DNA of 57,148 bases from positions 1 through 57,148 of the forward strand of contig JBAXIU010000001.1 in NCBI GenBank assembly GCA_037138215.1, in the 5' to 3' direction. Below, in pieces: positions 1-9,616 of this stretch (the first letter of the stretch is position 1; every line of letters begins with the position of its first letter). A program made the translations under genes and the position numbers. The notes beneath the pieces were generated by a model that saw only the letters and a list, made by a program, of their open reading frames with translations, searched no databases and had not been told where the DNA came from. Source of the DNA: Candidatus Peregrinibacteria bacterium (GTDB lineage: Bacteria > Patescibacteriota > Gracilibacteria > CAIRYL01).

Positions 1-273
1 TATGTTCGCTCTCTATTGTTTCCCCTGTTGCACTTCGAATTGAAACTTAGGAAAAGCCTGAAAATATTATTTTTAGCAGCAGGAATAGAGGTGAAAAAGA
101 ATCTTAAAAATTCTTTTTCAGATATAAAGGCAAATGACTGGTTTTATGATTTTGTCACTACCGGTGCAGAGGTGGGCGTTGTAAATGGGTATCTCGATAA
201 AACTTTTAAGCCCAACAATCCCGTGACGCGGAATGAGTTTGCCATTATGGTCTGTAAAACTTTTGAGCTCTAA
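1..273 (+). CDS. SLH-domain protein, C-terminal fragment (5' end beyond window)
   Basis: Frame open from base 1. The last ~45 aa (DWFYDFVTTGAEVGVVNGYLDKTFKPNNPVTRNEFAIMV) fit the S-layer-homology repeat consensus. TAA at 271-273, then a hairpin. Confidence 0.6.
   Translation, partial: YVRSLLFPLLHFELKLRKSLKILFLAAGIEVKKNLKNSFSDIKANDWFYDFVTTGAEVGVVNGYLDKTFKPNNPVTRNEFAIMVCKTFEL
5..52. repeat. Left copy of a 48-bp perfect inverted repeat shared with the window end
   Basis: ttcgctctctattgtttcccctgttgcacttcgaattgaaacttagga is the exact reverse complement of 57101-57148. Identity stops at 53/57100. Confidence 0.95.
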
Positions 274-291
274 TCATTAAAAATTCCTTTT

Positions 292-322
292 CCCCATATA
301 AAAATGGGGGTACCTTTTTTCT
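292..322 (+). terminator. Candidate intrinsic terminator after the SLH gene
   Basis: ccccat/atgggg 6-bp stem (292-309) followed by a T-rich run (315-320). Confidence 0.4.
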
Positions 323-335
323 CTTTTTTCTTTAT

Positions 336-3300
336 ATGCCAATTTCTCTTCTTTTAAAAAGGTCTTGGAATTCGTTTCCGTCTTCTGGGCAGGCAGAATT
401 TTTCATTGTTTCTGCTTTCTTTTTTAGTATTGCTTTTTGGTCTCAATCGGCATTTGCAGCATCTCCAGATGTTACGCCACCAACGGTTTCCAGTATTACT
501 TTTAGTGATACGGCACTAAAGGTAGGGGACACGGCAACGGTTACGATTGTGATGAGTGAACCAGTGGTCGGGTTTGACGCTTCAGATATTTTTACTCCTC
601 ATGGTAACCTTAGTCCCCTTTCGAGTGCAGACAATATCACCTTTACGGGAACATTTACCCCTGATTTTGCTACTGAATCAATAGCAAACACGGCAACGGT
701 TGGAACAGGATTTACAGATATTGCTACCAATAGCCCTGTTTCAGGTCTTACTTCTGCGAATTATGCGATTGATACGAAAATTCCAGCTATCAATAGTATT
801 ACTTTTAGTGATACAGCATTAAAGACAGGGGACACGGCAACGGTTACGATTGTTATGAGTGAGCCGGTGGTGGGATTTGAATCATTAGATATTTCTACTC
901 CGAATGGGAGTCTTGGCCCCCTTTCGAGTGCAGACAATATCACTTTTACGGGGACATTTACTCCTACCGGAGCAACTCAAGATGTAACGAATATTGCAAC
1001 GGTGGCCACTACATTTGTAGATCTTTCAGGAAATGCTCCGTTCCCAGGATTAGATTCTGCAAATTATGAGGTAGATACAAAAGCACCCGTTGTTTCCAGT
1101 ATATCTTTAAGCGATATGGCTTTAAAAATTGGGGAAACATCCATCGTAACGATTGTGATGAGTGAACCAGTGGTTGGTTTTAATAGTGCAGATATAACGG
1201 TTACGAATGGAACTATGGGTGCATTATCCACGATAGATGGCATTACTTATACGGGGACATTTACTCCTACTAACGGAATTGAGGCGCCTACTAATACGGT
1301 ATCCGTGGGAAATGGTTTTTCTGATATCGCTGGAAACCCTGCCATATCAGGTGTGAATTCTTCTAATTATGCGATTGATACCAAAGCTCCGAGTATTACA
1401 GGAAGAGTTATTTCTACCAATAATCCCAATGGAACTCTTGCAAAAGCAGGGAATACGGTCACTTTTACTATTTCGTACAGTGAGGCAGTAACAACAGTGG
1501 TGAATATTGCTAGTACTGCTAATAATGTTACAACTCGTACTTCGGATATAAACCCGGCATTATCCAATACCGACACCATTGTTTTTACAGTTATTGCTGG
1601 TAATAATGGGCTTGTTACACCACTCACTATTAATTTCACTATTACCGATGTGGCGGGGAATTCCCTGTTGGTTACGAATTTAACACCTGTAACAGGAAGT
1701 GTTACAGCAGATACCGCTGCACCCATTACTACGCTTGTCAATGTTACACAGCCTGCATTTGTAGAGGGGAATGTCATTGTTACCGCCAGTTCAACGGGAA
1801 CACCTTCATCAGTGTTATATTCTATCATTCGTAATTCTGATAATAGCACTATCGCCACAGGAAACACTGTTGCAGTTGATGGATCTTTTAATAATGTCAC
1901 AGAAGCCGTTACTTCTCTTCCTATTCCTACAGCAGGATGGCTTGCTGGATCCTATAGAGTAGTGGTTTTAGGGACTGATGGGGCAGGAAATGGAGAAATT
2001 GCTGCTTCTTCAAATGCGTTAACTTTCACAGTCTTATCCGCAACAGATACAACCGCACCCCTTATTACGCCGAATGTTGTGCCCGTATCCTCCATCACTC
2101 AAACAGGAGCGAATGTGGATTTTCAAAGTAATGAGACAGGAATGGCAAAAGTGGTATACGGGGTTACCGGTGCATATGGAAGTACCACCGTGTATCAATC
2201 CGTAACCGCCGCTACTGCGGCTTCCATATCATTGGGCGGATTAACATGTGGAACAAGTTACCATTATAGCGTGTATGGAAAGGATGGATCAGGAAATGAA
2301 TCCCATACAACGGATGCCGTATTTGCAACCAGTCCCTGTGCAGTAGGAGATACTTCCTCTCCAACCATTACCTATAACGCTATTGCCAACCAATTTAATC
2401 AAAGTACCGTTCCTACAAATATTGTTTTTACTCTTGCCGATAACACGGCTGTAACAACTCTTACTCTGGCAAATGGAGCATCTGCAACAAATATTTTTGG
2501 AAGTATTGCTGCGGGAACTTATACTCTTCCACTTTCTAATACTCTCGGACTTCACGAATATGTTGTAACGGCAGGAGATGCAGCAGGGAATACAAAGTCG
2601 GTTACTATTACCTATAATGTGTTAGCAAATAGTGTTACCAATGTCGAAATTACCGGGTATACCATCTCAAACCTTACGAATTCTGGATTGACTATTTCTT
2701 GGACGACGGATGGTAATGCGGGGAGTGCGACGAACGGCTTGGTAAGTGTGGTGGATATTCTTGGAAGCGGATTTTCAAACTTAAATCAATCAGCAGTAAT
2801 AACGACCACTGATAATAGCCTTATTATTACGGGGCTTTCTGGAAGTACAAACTATGTTCTTGTCCTCAAATCGAAAATTGTTGGGCAATCTTCATATACT
2901 ACGCTTACTGTTCCGGTTACTACCGCTTCTTCTGGAACAGGAGTAGGGGTAACAGCTATTCAAATGACGAAGTCATACGCCATTGCAGATAATACTTATG
3001 GGAACGGTTGGGAATGGAAGATGGATGTGACCGTCAATAATCTTTTAGAAACAAACTTGGCATTGAAGTTTGCAGATTGGAAGAGTGGGACCAACACGCT
3101 TGTTTCTGGGGGGAATATGAGATACGGAGTAGATTTAGATGCCAATGGAACCATAGACGCTGGAGAATGGAAAGATTTTAGTACTGCCTCACTCGGCGCC
3201 GATGGATATCCTACGGCTTTCATAAATATTGCAGGAATAGATGGGAATACTGCGTTAGGGGGAAGGCAGATAACCGTCATTATCCAGACAAAAGTGCCTT

Positions 3301-3353
3301 TGGGTACTGCAGGCGGATCGTTTAGTACCAGTTACGGAGTAAAAACCCAATAA
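336..3353 (+). CDS. Large secreted/cell-surface protein with Ig-like and fibronectin-III-like repeats
   Basis: 1005-aa ORF. N-terminal hydrophobic segment ends in SAFAA (signal-peptide-like). Three ~101-aa repeats carry TVTIVMSEPVVGF...ITFTGTFTP. FN3-like segments (e.g. ...LTCGTSYHYSVYGKDGSGNES). Terminator follows. Confidence 0.75.
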   Translation: MPISLLLKRSWNSFPSSGQAEFFIVSAFFFSIAFWSQSAFAASPDVTPPTVSSITFSDTALKVGDTATVTIVMSEPVVGFDASDIFTPHGNLSPLSSADNITFTGTFTPDFATESIANTATVGTGFTDIATNSPVSGLTSANYAIDTKIPAINSITFSDTALKTGDTATVTIVMSEPVVGFESLDISTPNGSLGPLSSADNITFTGTFTPTGATQDVTNIATVATTFVDLSGNAPFPGLDSANYEVDTKAPVVSSISLSDMALKIGETSIVTIVMSEPVVGFNSADITVTNGTMGALSTIDGITYTGTFTPTNGIEAPTNTVSVGNGFSDIAGNPAISGVNSSNYAIDTKAPSITGRVISTNNPNGTLAKAGNTVTFTISYSEAVTTVVNIASTANNVTTRTSDINPALSNTDTIVFTVIAGNNGLVTPLTINFTITDVAGNSLLVTNLTPVTGSVTADTAAPITTLVNVTQPAFVEGNVIVTASSTGTPSSVLYSIIRNSDNSTIATGNTVAVDGSFNNVTEAVTSLPIPTAGWLAGSYRVVVLGTDGAGNGEIAASSNALTFTVLSATDTTAPLITPNVVPVSSITQTGANVDFQSNETGMAKVVYGVTGAYGSTTVYQSVTAATAASISLGGLTCGTSYHYSVYGKDGSGNESHTTDAVFATSPCAVGDTSSPTITYNAIANQFNQSTVPTNIVFTLADNTAVTTLTLANGASATNIFGSIAAGTYTLPLSNTLGLHEYVVTAGDAAGNTKSVTITYNVLANSVTNVEITGYTISNLTNSGLTISWTTDGNAGSATNGLVSVVDILGSGFSNLNQSAVITTTDNSLIITGLSGSTNYVLVLKSKIVGQSSYTTLTVPVTTASSGTGVGVTAIQMTKSYAIADNTYGNGWEWKMDVTVNNLLETNLALKFADWKSGTNTLVSGGNMRYGVDLDANGTIDAGEWKDFSTASLGADGYPTAFINIAGIDGNTALGGRQITVIIQTKVPLGTAGGSFSTSYGVKTQ
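492..1400 (+). repeat. Three tandem 303-bp coding repeats inside the surface-protein gene
   Basis: Units start at 492, 795 and 1098 (agtatt/agtata...), each encoding one Ig-like module. Units 1 and 2 share long identical stretches. Confidence 0.85.
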
Positions 3354-3374
3354 TTTGCTGATCATAATACCTTT

Positions 3375-3406
3375 AAAAGCCCATTCTATTGGAATGGGCT
3401 TTTTTG
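3375..3406 (+). terminator. Intrinsic terminator of the surface-protein gene
   Basis: agcccattc / gaatgggct 9-bp stem with 5-nt loop, followed by TTTTT. Confidence 0.8.
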
Positions 3407-3408
3407 TG

Positions 3409-3437
3409 TTGGAAAATATTTGGTATATCTCTATAAT
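3409..3437 (+). promoter_or_regulatory. Sigma70-type promoter for tRNA-Pro
   Basis: TTGGAA (3409-3414), 17-nt spacer, TATAAT (3432-3437). The tRNA starts 12 nt downstream. Confidence 0.6.
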
Positions 3438-3448
3438 ACTTTTTGTGT

Positions 3449-3525
3449 CGGGGTGTAGTTCAGTTGGCTAGAATGCACGGCTGGGGGCCGTGCGGTCGTC
3501 GGTTCGAGTCCGGCCACCCCGACCA
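3449..3525 (+). tRNA. tRNA-Pro (anticodon GGG)
   Basis: Hand-folded cloverleaf. Acceptor CGGGGTG/CACCCCG, anticodon stem CACGG/CCGTG with loop CTGGGGG, T-loop TTCGAGT, encoded CCA. Confidence 0.9.
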
Positions 3526-3540
3526 GTAAGATTGGAAAAG

Positions 3541-3566
3541 GAGAGCAATTTGCTCTCTTTTGTTTT
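3541..3566 (+). terminator. Intrinsic terminator after tRNA-Pro
   Basis: gagagcaa/ttgctctc palindrome followed by ttttgttttt. Confidence 0.6.
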
Positions 3567-3642
3567 TATAGTGCCATTTTTGGTTCGAATACTCATAATC
3601 CTTCAGGTTATTCAGAATGGGCATTGGCTGGAGTTTTTGAAG

Positions 3643-6147
3643 TCATAAGAGCTTTTTCCCCACCCCCCACACTATTCCTACGCCTAAAAATCCCCATACG
3701 GGAAGCCAGTTCACCACCAGTAGCGGTAAAAATGGCACAAAAAGTCCACTCATCACCAAAACTCCCACACTCATAGCAAACGCCATAATAAAGGGAAAAA
3801 CGGTGAGAAAAACCGTCTCTCCCATAAAAAACCACGAAACCCATTTTTTTGGAGCTCCTAATCGAAAAAATCTCCATTCTGTTCGTTTTTGGGTTTCTTT
3901 GTTCACCAATATCATGGCGATAAAACTCAGGACTCCTGCACCGAGGAGTAAAAAGGTAAGAATGCGCACCAAAAGTAGTACTTTATCAACGATAACCGTG
4001 ATCTGCCCTGAGAGTTCTTTGGTTTTTATAGTCGTGACGCTCGGGAATTTTTGCACTATTTGCGATTGCAACGCCGAAAGATGTGACTCCTCTTCCCATG
4101 AAAATCCTAAATACGATGCCGGTGCACCCACGAGCAAGTGTGGCGGAAACACAAAAATAAACCACGGAGAAAACCGGTCTTCTCCAATACTTCGGATGCT
4201 TTTTACCGTTGCCACTATTTTTTTCCCCTGCATATCAAAGGTGAGAGAGTCTCCCAAAACAATGCCCATTTCGTCGGCAAAAGTTTTTTCTACCGATACC
4301 ACGCTTTCTGGTACGCCTGCTGTCCACCAAGTTCCGGCAGTCATGGTTTCCTCGGTGCTCATTTTTTCCCGCGCCGTAGCGCTAAATGCCCGTTGTGCTT
4401 GTGGGTAGGATTCCTCGTTTTCCCGTATTTTTGTGCCTTTCCATTCCTCCAAATAGGTGCGCACAATAGGGTACCACTCCACTTTGGGGATAATGGTATT
4501 TATCGTGGGGACATTTTCCTCTGACACATCAAAAAGTACAAATGTGGGAGCATTTTCATTTTGAGAAAGAGAGAGTTCGTTTTGGACGCTTTTTCCAAAA
4601 CTTCCTGCAGTACAAATGGCAAAAAAGGCGAGAAAAAGAGAGAGAAACACCAGGCGAGTTCCCCGTTTGGGGCGGTGAAAAACAGAGAGGAGAATCCGGA
4701 GGAGAAACGGATGTTTTATGCGTTGGTGAAGAGCATTAAACCACTTTTGGAGGAGATGAAAAAACGAAAGTGCCACCGTAAGAATCCCAATTCCCATGGC
4801 AGAAAAATAGAGAGCGGTAGTAATTTTTGGGAAAAAAAGAACACCCGATAAAATCCAGAGAACGCTCAAAAATAGGGCTTTTTTTAGTCCTGGCGCGTTT
4901 TTTTGGAGGAGTATTTTCCCATTCTCTAAAATATTGGTAAAAAATGTTTTTTTAGGATTTTGATCGCTGGAGGAAGAAATGCGCGAAAGAGGGGAGTCCT
5001 CGGGAACATCTCTGAGAAGCGTACGGGGAGAGAGGGTAAGAATGGGAGAGAGAAGCTCCCCGGAAGCCATGAGGAAAAAGAGTATTGCGATGCCGATTCC
5101 CGGGAAAATATGAAAAAAAGAGAAAGTGGTGGAAAAAATATTAAACTCTTCTGGCACGATATTCGGCAAAAAGAGGAGTGTGATGAGTCCCAATGCACTG
5201 CCAAAAAATCCCAGTACTATGCACCAAATGCCCATAATTCCTAAATATCCCCCCAAAAGGTTTTTTGTTGGCATCCCCATGGCTTTTAAAAGCGCAATAT
5301 GCCGCCGTTCTTTGGTAAAAAAATGTTCTACCCCTAGCAAAAGCGTTCCTCCAAAAAGCGCAATAAGGAGTCCTAAAAATCCCAAAAAGAAATTCTCGGC
5401 CGTTTGGAAAGTGCGGTTTACTCGCCCTCCTTCTTCATTGGCAAGGCGAATGCGTACGCTTTTGGAGATATTTCCGGTAGTGAGACTTGTTTTTATATTT
5501 TCTGCCACTGCGGTGCTGGGCGTTGTAATAGTAAGGGTATAATCCACGCGACTGGTTTTTCGGTCTATTCCACTATGCGCAAATCCCGCCTCGGAAATAA
5601 GAATTTTTCCTCCAAAAAGTGCAGAAGTGTTTTCTATATCTGGCAACGCCTCAAAAATTCCAGCAATGGTAAATACTGCATTCCCTAGGGTGACTTCGGA
5701 TCCTTTGGAAACCGCCAATCGTTCTGCGATATCGGTGCTAATCCAAATCTCTGAATCTTTCGGCATGGTGTACACATTTTCTTTGGTTTTTATACTTCCT
5801 AAAAGGGGATACGCCTGGTCTACCACTTTTACCTGCACCACTAGCGGGGTTTTGTCTTTTCTGAGCATTGCGGTAAATCCCATTTGAGATGAACTTTTAA
5901 TATTTGGCAAAGAAAGACCATTTTTAAGCCCCGGAACGCTTTCTTCGGTAAGGGGTTGGAAATACGAAATTTTTATATCTCCGCCCATCATGGTGGCAGA
6001 CTCCCCCCGTAAAAAATTTTCCGCCGAAGACAGCACGCCCGAAAGTGCGGTAAAAAGGAATGTTCCCAGGAAAATGGTAATGCCGCCTATCCATAAATCG
6101 GGTAGGCGCCGTTTAAAAAGCCGAAAAAAGAGGGGAAGAAAATACAC
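3643..6147 (-). CDS. ABC-transporter permease, FtsX/MacB-like, duplicated (about 10 TM segments)
   Basis: 834-aa ORF with two blocks of hydrophobic helices separated by large extracytoplasmic domains. Architecture is like YbbP/FtsX-family permeases. No ATPase gene is adjacent. Confidence 0.6.
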   Translation of the reverse strand: MYFLPLFFRLFKRRLPDLWIGGITIFLGTFLFTALSGVLSSAENFLRGESATMMGGDIKISYFQPLTEESVPGLKNGLSLPNIKSSSQMGFTAMLRKDKTPLVVQVKVVDQAYPLLGSIKTKENVYTMPKDSEIWISTDIAERLAVSKGSEVTLGNAVFTIAGIFEALPDIENTSALFGGKILISEAGFAHSGIDRKTSRVDYTLTITTPSTAVAENIKTSLTTGNISKSVRIRLANEEGGRVNRTFQTAENFFLGFLGLLIALFGGTLLLGVEHFFTKERRHIALLKAMGMPTKNLLGGYLGIMGIWCIVLGFFGSALGLITLLFLPNIVPEEFNIFSTTFSFFHIFPGIGIAILFFLMASGELLSPILTLSPRTLLRDVPEDSPLSRISSSSDQNPKKTFFTNILENGKILLQKNAPGLKKALFLSVLWILSGVLFFPKITTALYFSAMGIGILTVALSFFHLLQKWFNALHQRIKHPFLLRILLSVFHRPKRGTRLVFLSLFLAFFAICTAGSFGKSVQNELSLSQNENAPTFVLFDVSEENVPTINTIIPKVEWYPIVRTYLEEWKGTKIRENEESYPQAQRAFSATAREKMSTEETMTAGTWWTAGVPESVVSVEKTFADEMGIVLGDSLTFDMQGKKIVATVKSIRSIGEDRFSPWFIFVFPPHLLVGAPASYLGFSWEEESHLSALQSQIVQKFPSVTTIKTKELSGQITVIVDKVLLLVRILTFLLLGAGVLSFIAMILVNKETQKRTEWRFFRLGAPKKWVSWFFMGETVFLTVFPFIMAFAMSVGVLVMSGLFVPFLPLLVVNWLPVWGFLGVGIVWGVGKKLL

Positions 6148-6389
6148 GAAAAAAGGGAGAAGCGTGGAGTACTGTACTCTCTTTTTTGAGAGTTCAACAG
6201 CGCACGAACGAATGGGGGTTGAATTAACATAACTTCCCTTTTTATGTTTTTTTGAGATAATTTTTTGTATTCCTTATAAAAAATTGCACTGAAGAAAACT
6301 GAAAAACACAAATGATTCTGTTTTTTATGCCTTCGTTTTTTTCTCTCAATACGCTATTCTCTCTCCACTTTTATCTTCTTTGATTTTCT

Positions 6390-7484
6390 ATGTCTCTCCA
6401 AATCGGTATTGTCGGGCTTCCCAATGTTGGGAAATCTACCCTTTTTAACGCCATTACGAAGTCTTCTCTTGCGGCAGCAGAAAATTTCCCGTTTTGTACC
6501 ATAGACCCAAATGTGGGAACGATAGAAGTGCCGGATACCCGACTAGATGAATTAGCAACCATTGTTCATCCGCAACGCATTGTGTGCTCTGTTATTGAGT
6601 TTGTGGATATTGCGGGCTTGGTAAAGGGGGCCAGTACTGGTGAGGGCTTGGGGAATCAGTTCCTTTCCCATATTCGTAATTGTGACGCCATTGCAATGGT
6701 AGTGCGGTTTTTTGAGGATTCCAATATTCATCATGTGGATGGGAATATAAACCCCCAACGCGATCGTGAAGTGGTGGAAACAGAGCTGATTTTAGCGGAT
6801 TTACAAACGGTGGAGAAAAATTTAGACCGGGCGGTAAAAGGGGCAAAGAGTGGAAAAAAGGAAGATGTGATAAAAAAAGAGCTGTGCGAACGGCTAAACA
6901 CTTTTTTGGCGGCGGGAAATCCTGCCCGAAAACTCCCCATTACGGAGGAAGAAGTGGTGGCAATGCAAGAGTTGCACCTCCTCACGCAAAAACCAACGCT
7001 GTTTATTGTGAACTGCTCAGAAGATGATTTTACCCGTTTCCAAGAATCTGCTGCGCGAGAAAAATTGGGGCTTTCTCCGGATGAAATCATTGTTCCCATC
7101 TGCGCGAAAACAGAATGCGACCTTATGGATTTTTCGGATGAAGAAGCCCAAGAAATTATGCAGTCTTTGGGGATCCAAGAAAGTGGGCTTTCAAAGCTCA
7201 TTCGTTCTGCGTTTCAATTGTTAGGTTTAGAAAGTTTTTTTACCGCGGGAGAAAAAGAAGTACGGGCATGGACGGTACATAAAAATTCTACCGCGCCCCA
7301 GGCCGCAGGAGTTATTCATACCGATTTTGAGAAAAAGTTTATTAAAGCAGAAGTGTGCCAGGTTTCCGATTTTGTGAAATACAATGGATGGGGAGGCGTT
7401 CGGGAAAACGGAGCCCTGAAAATGGAAGGGAGAGATGCGCTTATCCACGATGGAGATATTTGTATTTTTAAAGTGGGGGCTTAG
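6390..7484 (+). CDS. ychF: Ribosome-binding ATPase YchF (Obg-family GTPase fold)
   Basis: N-terminus MSLQIGIVGLPNVGKSTLFNAIT (P-loop), DIAGLVKGAS, C-terminal TGS-like region, 364 aa. Confidence 0.9.
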   Translation: MSLQIGIVGLPNVGKSTLFNAITKSSLAAAENFPFCTIDPNVGTIEVPDTRLDELATIVHPQRIVCSVIEFVDIAGLVKGASTGEGLGNQFLSHIRNCDAIAMVVRFFEDSNIHHVDGNINPQRDREVVETELILADLQTVEKNLDRAVKGAKSGKKEDVIKKELCERLNTFLAAGNPARKLPITEEEVVAMQELHLLTQKPTLFIVNCSEDDFTRFQESAAREKLGLSPDEIIVPICAKTECDLMDFSDEEAQEIMQSLGIQESGLSKLIRSAFQLLGLESFFTAGEKEVRAWTVHKNSTAPQAAGVIHTDFEKKFIKAEVCQVSDFVKYNGWGGVRENGALKMEGRDALIHDGDICIFKVGA

Positions 7485-7497
7485 AAATTTGAGTGGA

Positions 7498-7526
7498 TTG
7501 ATTTTATACATAAAATATTGTATAAT
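7498..7526 (+). promoter_or_regulatory. Sigma70-type promoter
   Basis: TTGATT (7498-7503), 17-nt spacer, TATAAT (7521-7526), 22 nt upstream of ATG 7548. Confidence 0.6.
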
Positions 7527-7547
7527 ACCTATATTTTGGCATAAAAA

Positions 7548-8108
7548 ATGGCATACAAATTTCGGTTTCAGAAAAAAATATCAAAAGAAGAAGCTATTAG
7601 ACCTCCTAAAGAGGTTGTTTCGCAAAAGAATCCGGTTTCTGATATTCGAGATTTTACTCAAGAGAAGATTAAACAAAGTTATTGTTTACAGAAGAATTTT
7701 TTGGGAAGCGGGCTGGAGTTTCGTGTTTTTCAGCAATTACGAGATTTATTGAAAGATTTTCCTCAATATTATATTTTCCCACAAGCGCCTATGAGAGAAT
7801 TTATTGAGAAAAAGATGAAAGATTGGGTTCTTCAGGCACATATAAATCAAAAAAATGTTGACTTTTTAGTTTGTGAAAATCAGGGCAAGAACTTTGTTCC
7901 TGCTTTAGTTGTTGAAGTACAAGGACCTGAACACGACAAAGATGTTGAATTTCCAAATGAAACAGTTTTAAAAAGTGATGATATTAAGGCAAAACTTTTC
8001 AATGCTTTAGCATTAAAATGTTTAAGAATCCATCTTCGTAATGAGGTTTCTGATACTGAATTGCATTCTGAATTAGATGGGTATTTGCGGGGAGTATTAG
8101 CTCTGTAA
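7548..8108 (+). CDS. Hypothetical protein, possibly DUF2726 / PD-(D/E)XK nuclease-like
   Basis: 186-aa ORF. The segment NVDFLVCENQGKNFVPALVVEVQGPEHDK resembles the DUF2726 core (vDF.l...p..aIElDg..H). The region is visibly A/T-rich. Confidence 0.4.
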   Translation: MAYKFRFQKKISKEEAIRPPKEVVSQKNPVSDIRDFTQEKIKQSYCLQKNFLGSGLEFRVFQQLRDLLKDFPQYYIFPQAPMREFIEKKMKDWVLQAHINQKNVDFLVCENQGKNFVPALVVEVQGPEHDKDVEFPNETVLKSDDIKAKLFNALALKCLRIHLRNEVSDTELHSELDGYLRGVLAL

Positions 8109-8252
8109 TTTTTTCATGTTCTCAATAAAACTCATTTTTTCCTTATCTTTTTCTCATTTAGACACCACAAAAGTTACACTTGCAAAATTGCAAAAAGAGT
8201 CCTCTGTGTGAAAGGGGCGGCTGAATGTGAATGATAAAATGTAAAAATCGGT

Positions 8253-8582
8253 TTATGCTTTCTCTTTTAAAAGCATTTCTAATCGTTCTGCTTCTTCCCC
8301 CGTGTGGTCTTCAAAAAATACTAATTGAGGAAATCTCTTAAATAAGACTTTTCGTGCAATTTCTCGTTGCATTCGGTTGCGTGCATGGTTCAGGCGACTT
8401 ACAAAATCTTTTACTCCTCCTAGGGTAGAAATATGAATTCTTGCTTCTGAAAAATCGGGAAGAATTTGAAGAGACCGAATGGTGAAAACACCGGATTCTT
8501 CCATAGGAAAGACTGCACGAATGGTGCTGGCAATTTCTCGTTCTAGCACGGTGGCGACTTTTTGCATTCGGATAGCGGACAT
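8253..8582 (-). CDS. rbfA: Ribosome-binding factor A
   Basis: MSAIRMQKVATVLEREIASTI... fits the RbfA family in size and N-terminal pattern. The ORF track extends to 8618, but the internal ATG at 8582 fits family length. Confidence 0.75.
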   Translation of the reverse strand: MSAIRMQKVATVLEREIASTIRAVFPMEESGVFTIRSLQILPDFSEARIHISTLGGVKDFVSRLNHARNRMQREIARKVLFKRFPQLVFFEDHTGEEAERLEMLLKEKA

Positions 8583-8666
8583 AGGGGGAGAATAATTAAG
8601 ACTGGAGAATCGTTGCATGCAACGGTTCTCCGCCGTATCATACTCCTACTTTTTCTTAAAAATACA

Positions 8667-9587
8667 GTGAAAAAACGAATCGTCTTTTGGGGGACGCCAG
8701 AACACGCTGCAAAAGTCGTGAATTCTCTTTCTCAAGCCGCTCCATTGGAGGTGGTTTCCGTGATGACGATGCCCGATAAACCCGTTGGGAGAAAGCAAAT
8801 CATTACTCCATCTCCGGTAAAAATATGGGCGCTGGAAAATAAAATTCCTGTATTTACGCCTGAAAATCTGAAAGATCCTGAATTTTTAGCCGTGCTGAAA
8901 TCTTTTGATGCGGATTTTTTTGTGGTGGTGGCATATGGGAAAATCATGCCTCTAGAGGTTTTAGATATTCCAAAATATGGGGCTTTTAATCTCCACTTCT
9001 CGCTGTTGCCAAAATACCGTGGCGCGTCGCCGTTGCAAGCCGCTCTGTTACAGGGCGATGAAATTTCTGGAATTACCATTTTTCGCCTTACAGCAGGAAT
9101 GGATATCGGTCCTATGGTATTTCAAAAATCGTGTTCATTAGAAGAAAAAACTTTTTCTTTGGCTCTTTCTGCCATGACGGAAATGGGGAATCTCTCCTTT
9201 TTGGAATTTCTCCTCTCCCCTGAAAAATTCCCAGAAATACCCCAAAATGAAGAGGCTGCAACCTATTGCCACAAAATAGCTAAAGAAGATGGAGAAATTT
9301 TCCCAGAGCGAGACAGCGCGGATCTCGTGATGCAAAAATATCGGGCATTTGAAGGGTGGCCTGGGGTGTTTTATATCTCCAAAGATGGGAAACGATTAAA
9401 ATTTACCGCATTAGAATCCGCATTTTTTGAAGAAAATCCTGTATCACCAGGGGAATTTTTCATCCAAGATAAACGGTGTTTTTTAGCCTTAGCAAAAGGA
9501 ACAGTGGAAGTTATTTCGCTTATTCCCGAAGGAAAAAACGAAATAAAAGGAGATCAAATGCTTTCCTTTTTGAGAAAAAAAGAGTAA
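8667..9587 (+). CDS. fmt: Methionyl-tRNA formyltransferase
   Basis: IVFWGTPEHAA..., FNLHFSLLPKYRGASPLQAALLQGD (formyltransferase HxSLLPxxRG motif). GTG 8667 chosen so the gene does not overlap rbfA. The ORF is open from 8562. Confidence 0.85.
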   Translation: MKKRIVFWGTPEHAAKVVNSLSQAAPLEVVSVMTMPDKPVGRKQIITPSPVKIWALENKIPVFTPENLKDPEFLAVLKSFDADFFVVVAYGKIMPLEVLDIPKYGAFNLHFSLLPKYRGASPLQAALLQGDEISGITIFRLTAGMDIGPMVFQKSCSLEEKTFSLALSAMTEMGNLSFLEFLLSPEKFPEIPQNEEAATYCHKIAKEDGEIFPERDSADLVMQKYRAFEGWPGVFYISKDGKRLKFTALESAFFEENPVSPGEFFIQDKRCFLALAKGTVEVISLIPEGKNEIKGDQMLSFLRKKE

Positions 9588-9616
9588 AATAGCGGGAACA
9601 TATTTTTTTGATAATT

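Noticed and set aside
18-46. gtttcccctgttgcacttcgaattgaaac, within the terminal inverted repeat, looks like a CRISPR repeat on its reverse strand (GTTTCAAT...GGGGAAAC, 29 nt).
   Set aside because: Only one copy occurs at each end and the identity extends into the flanks (48 bp). There is no repeat-spacer periodicity anywhere in the window and no cas genes. Both copies lie in open reading frames.
3803-5887. Series of + strand ORFs (3803-4408, 4138-4524, 4561-4851, 5126-5542, etc.) opposite the ABC permease.
   Set aside because: They are shadow ORFs inside a continuous 834-codon membrane-protein gene. Their translations are Lys/Arg/Ser-rich nonsense without motifs.
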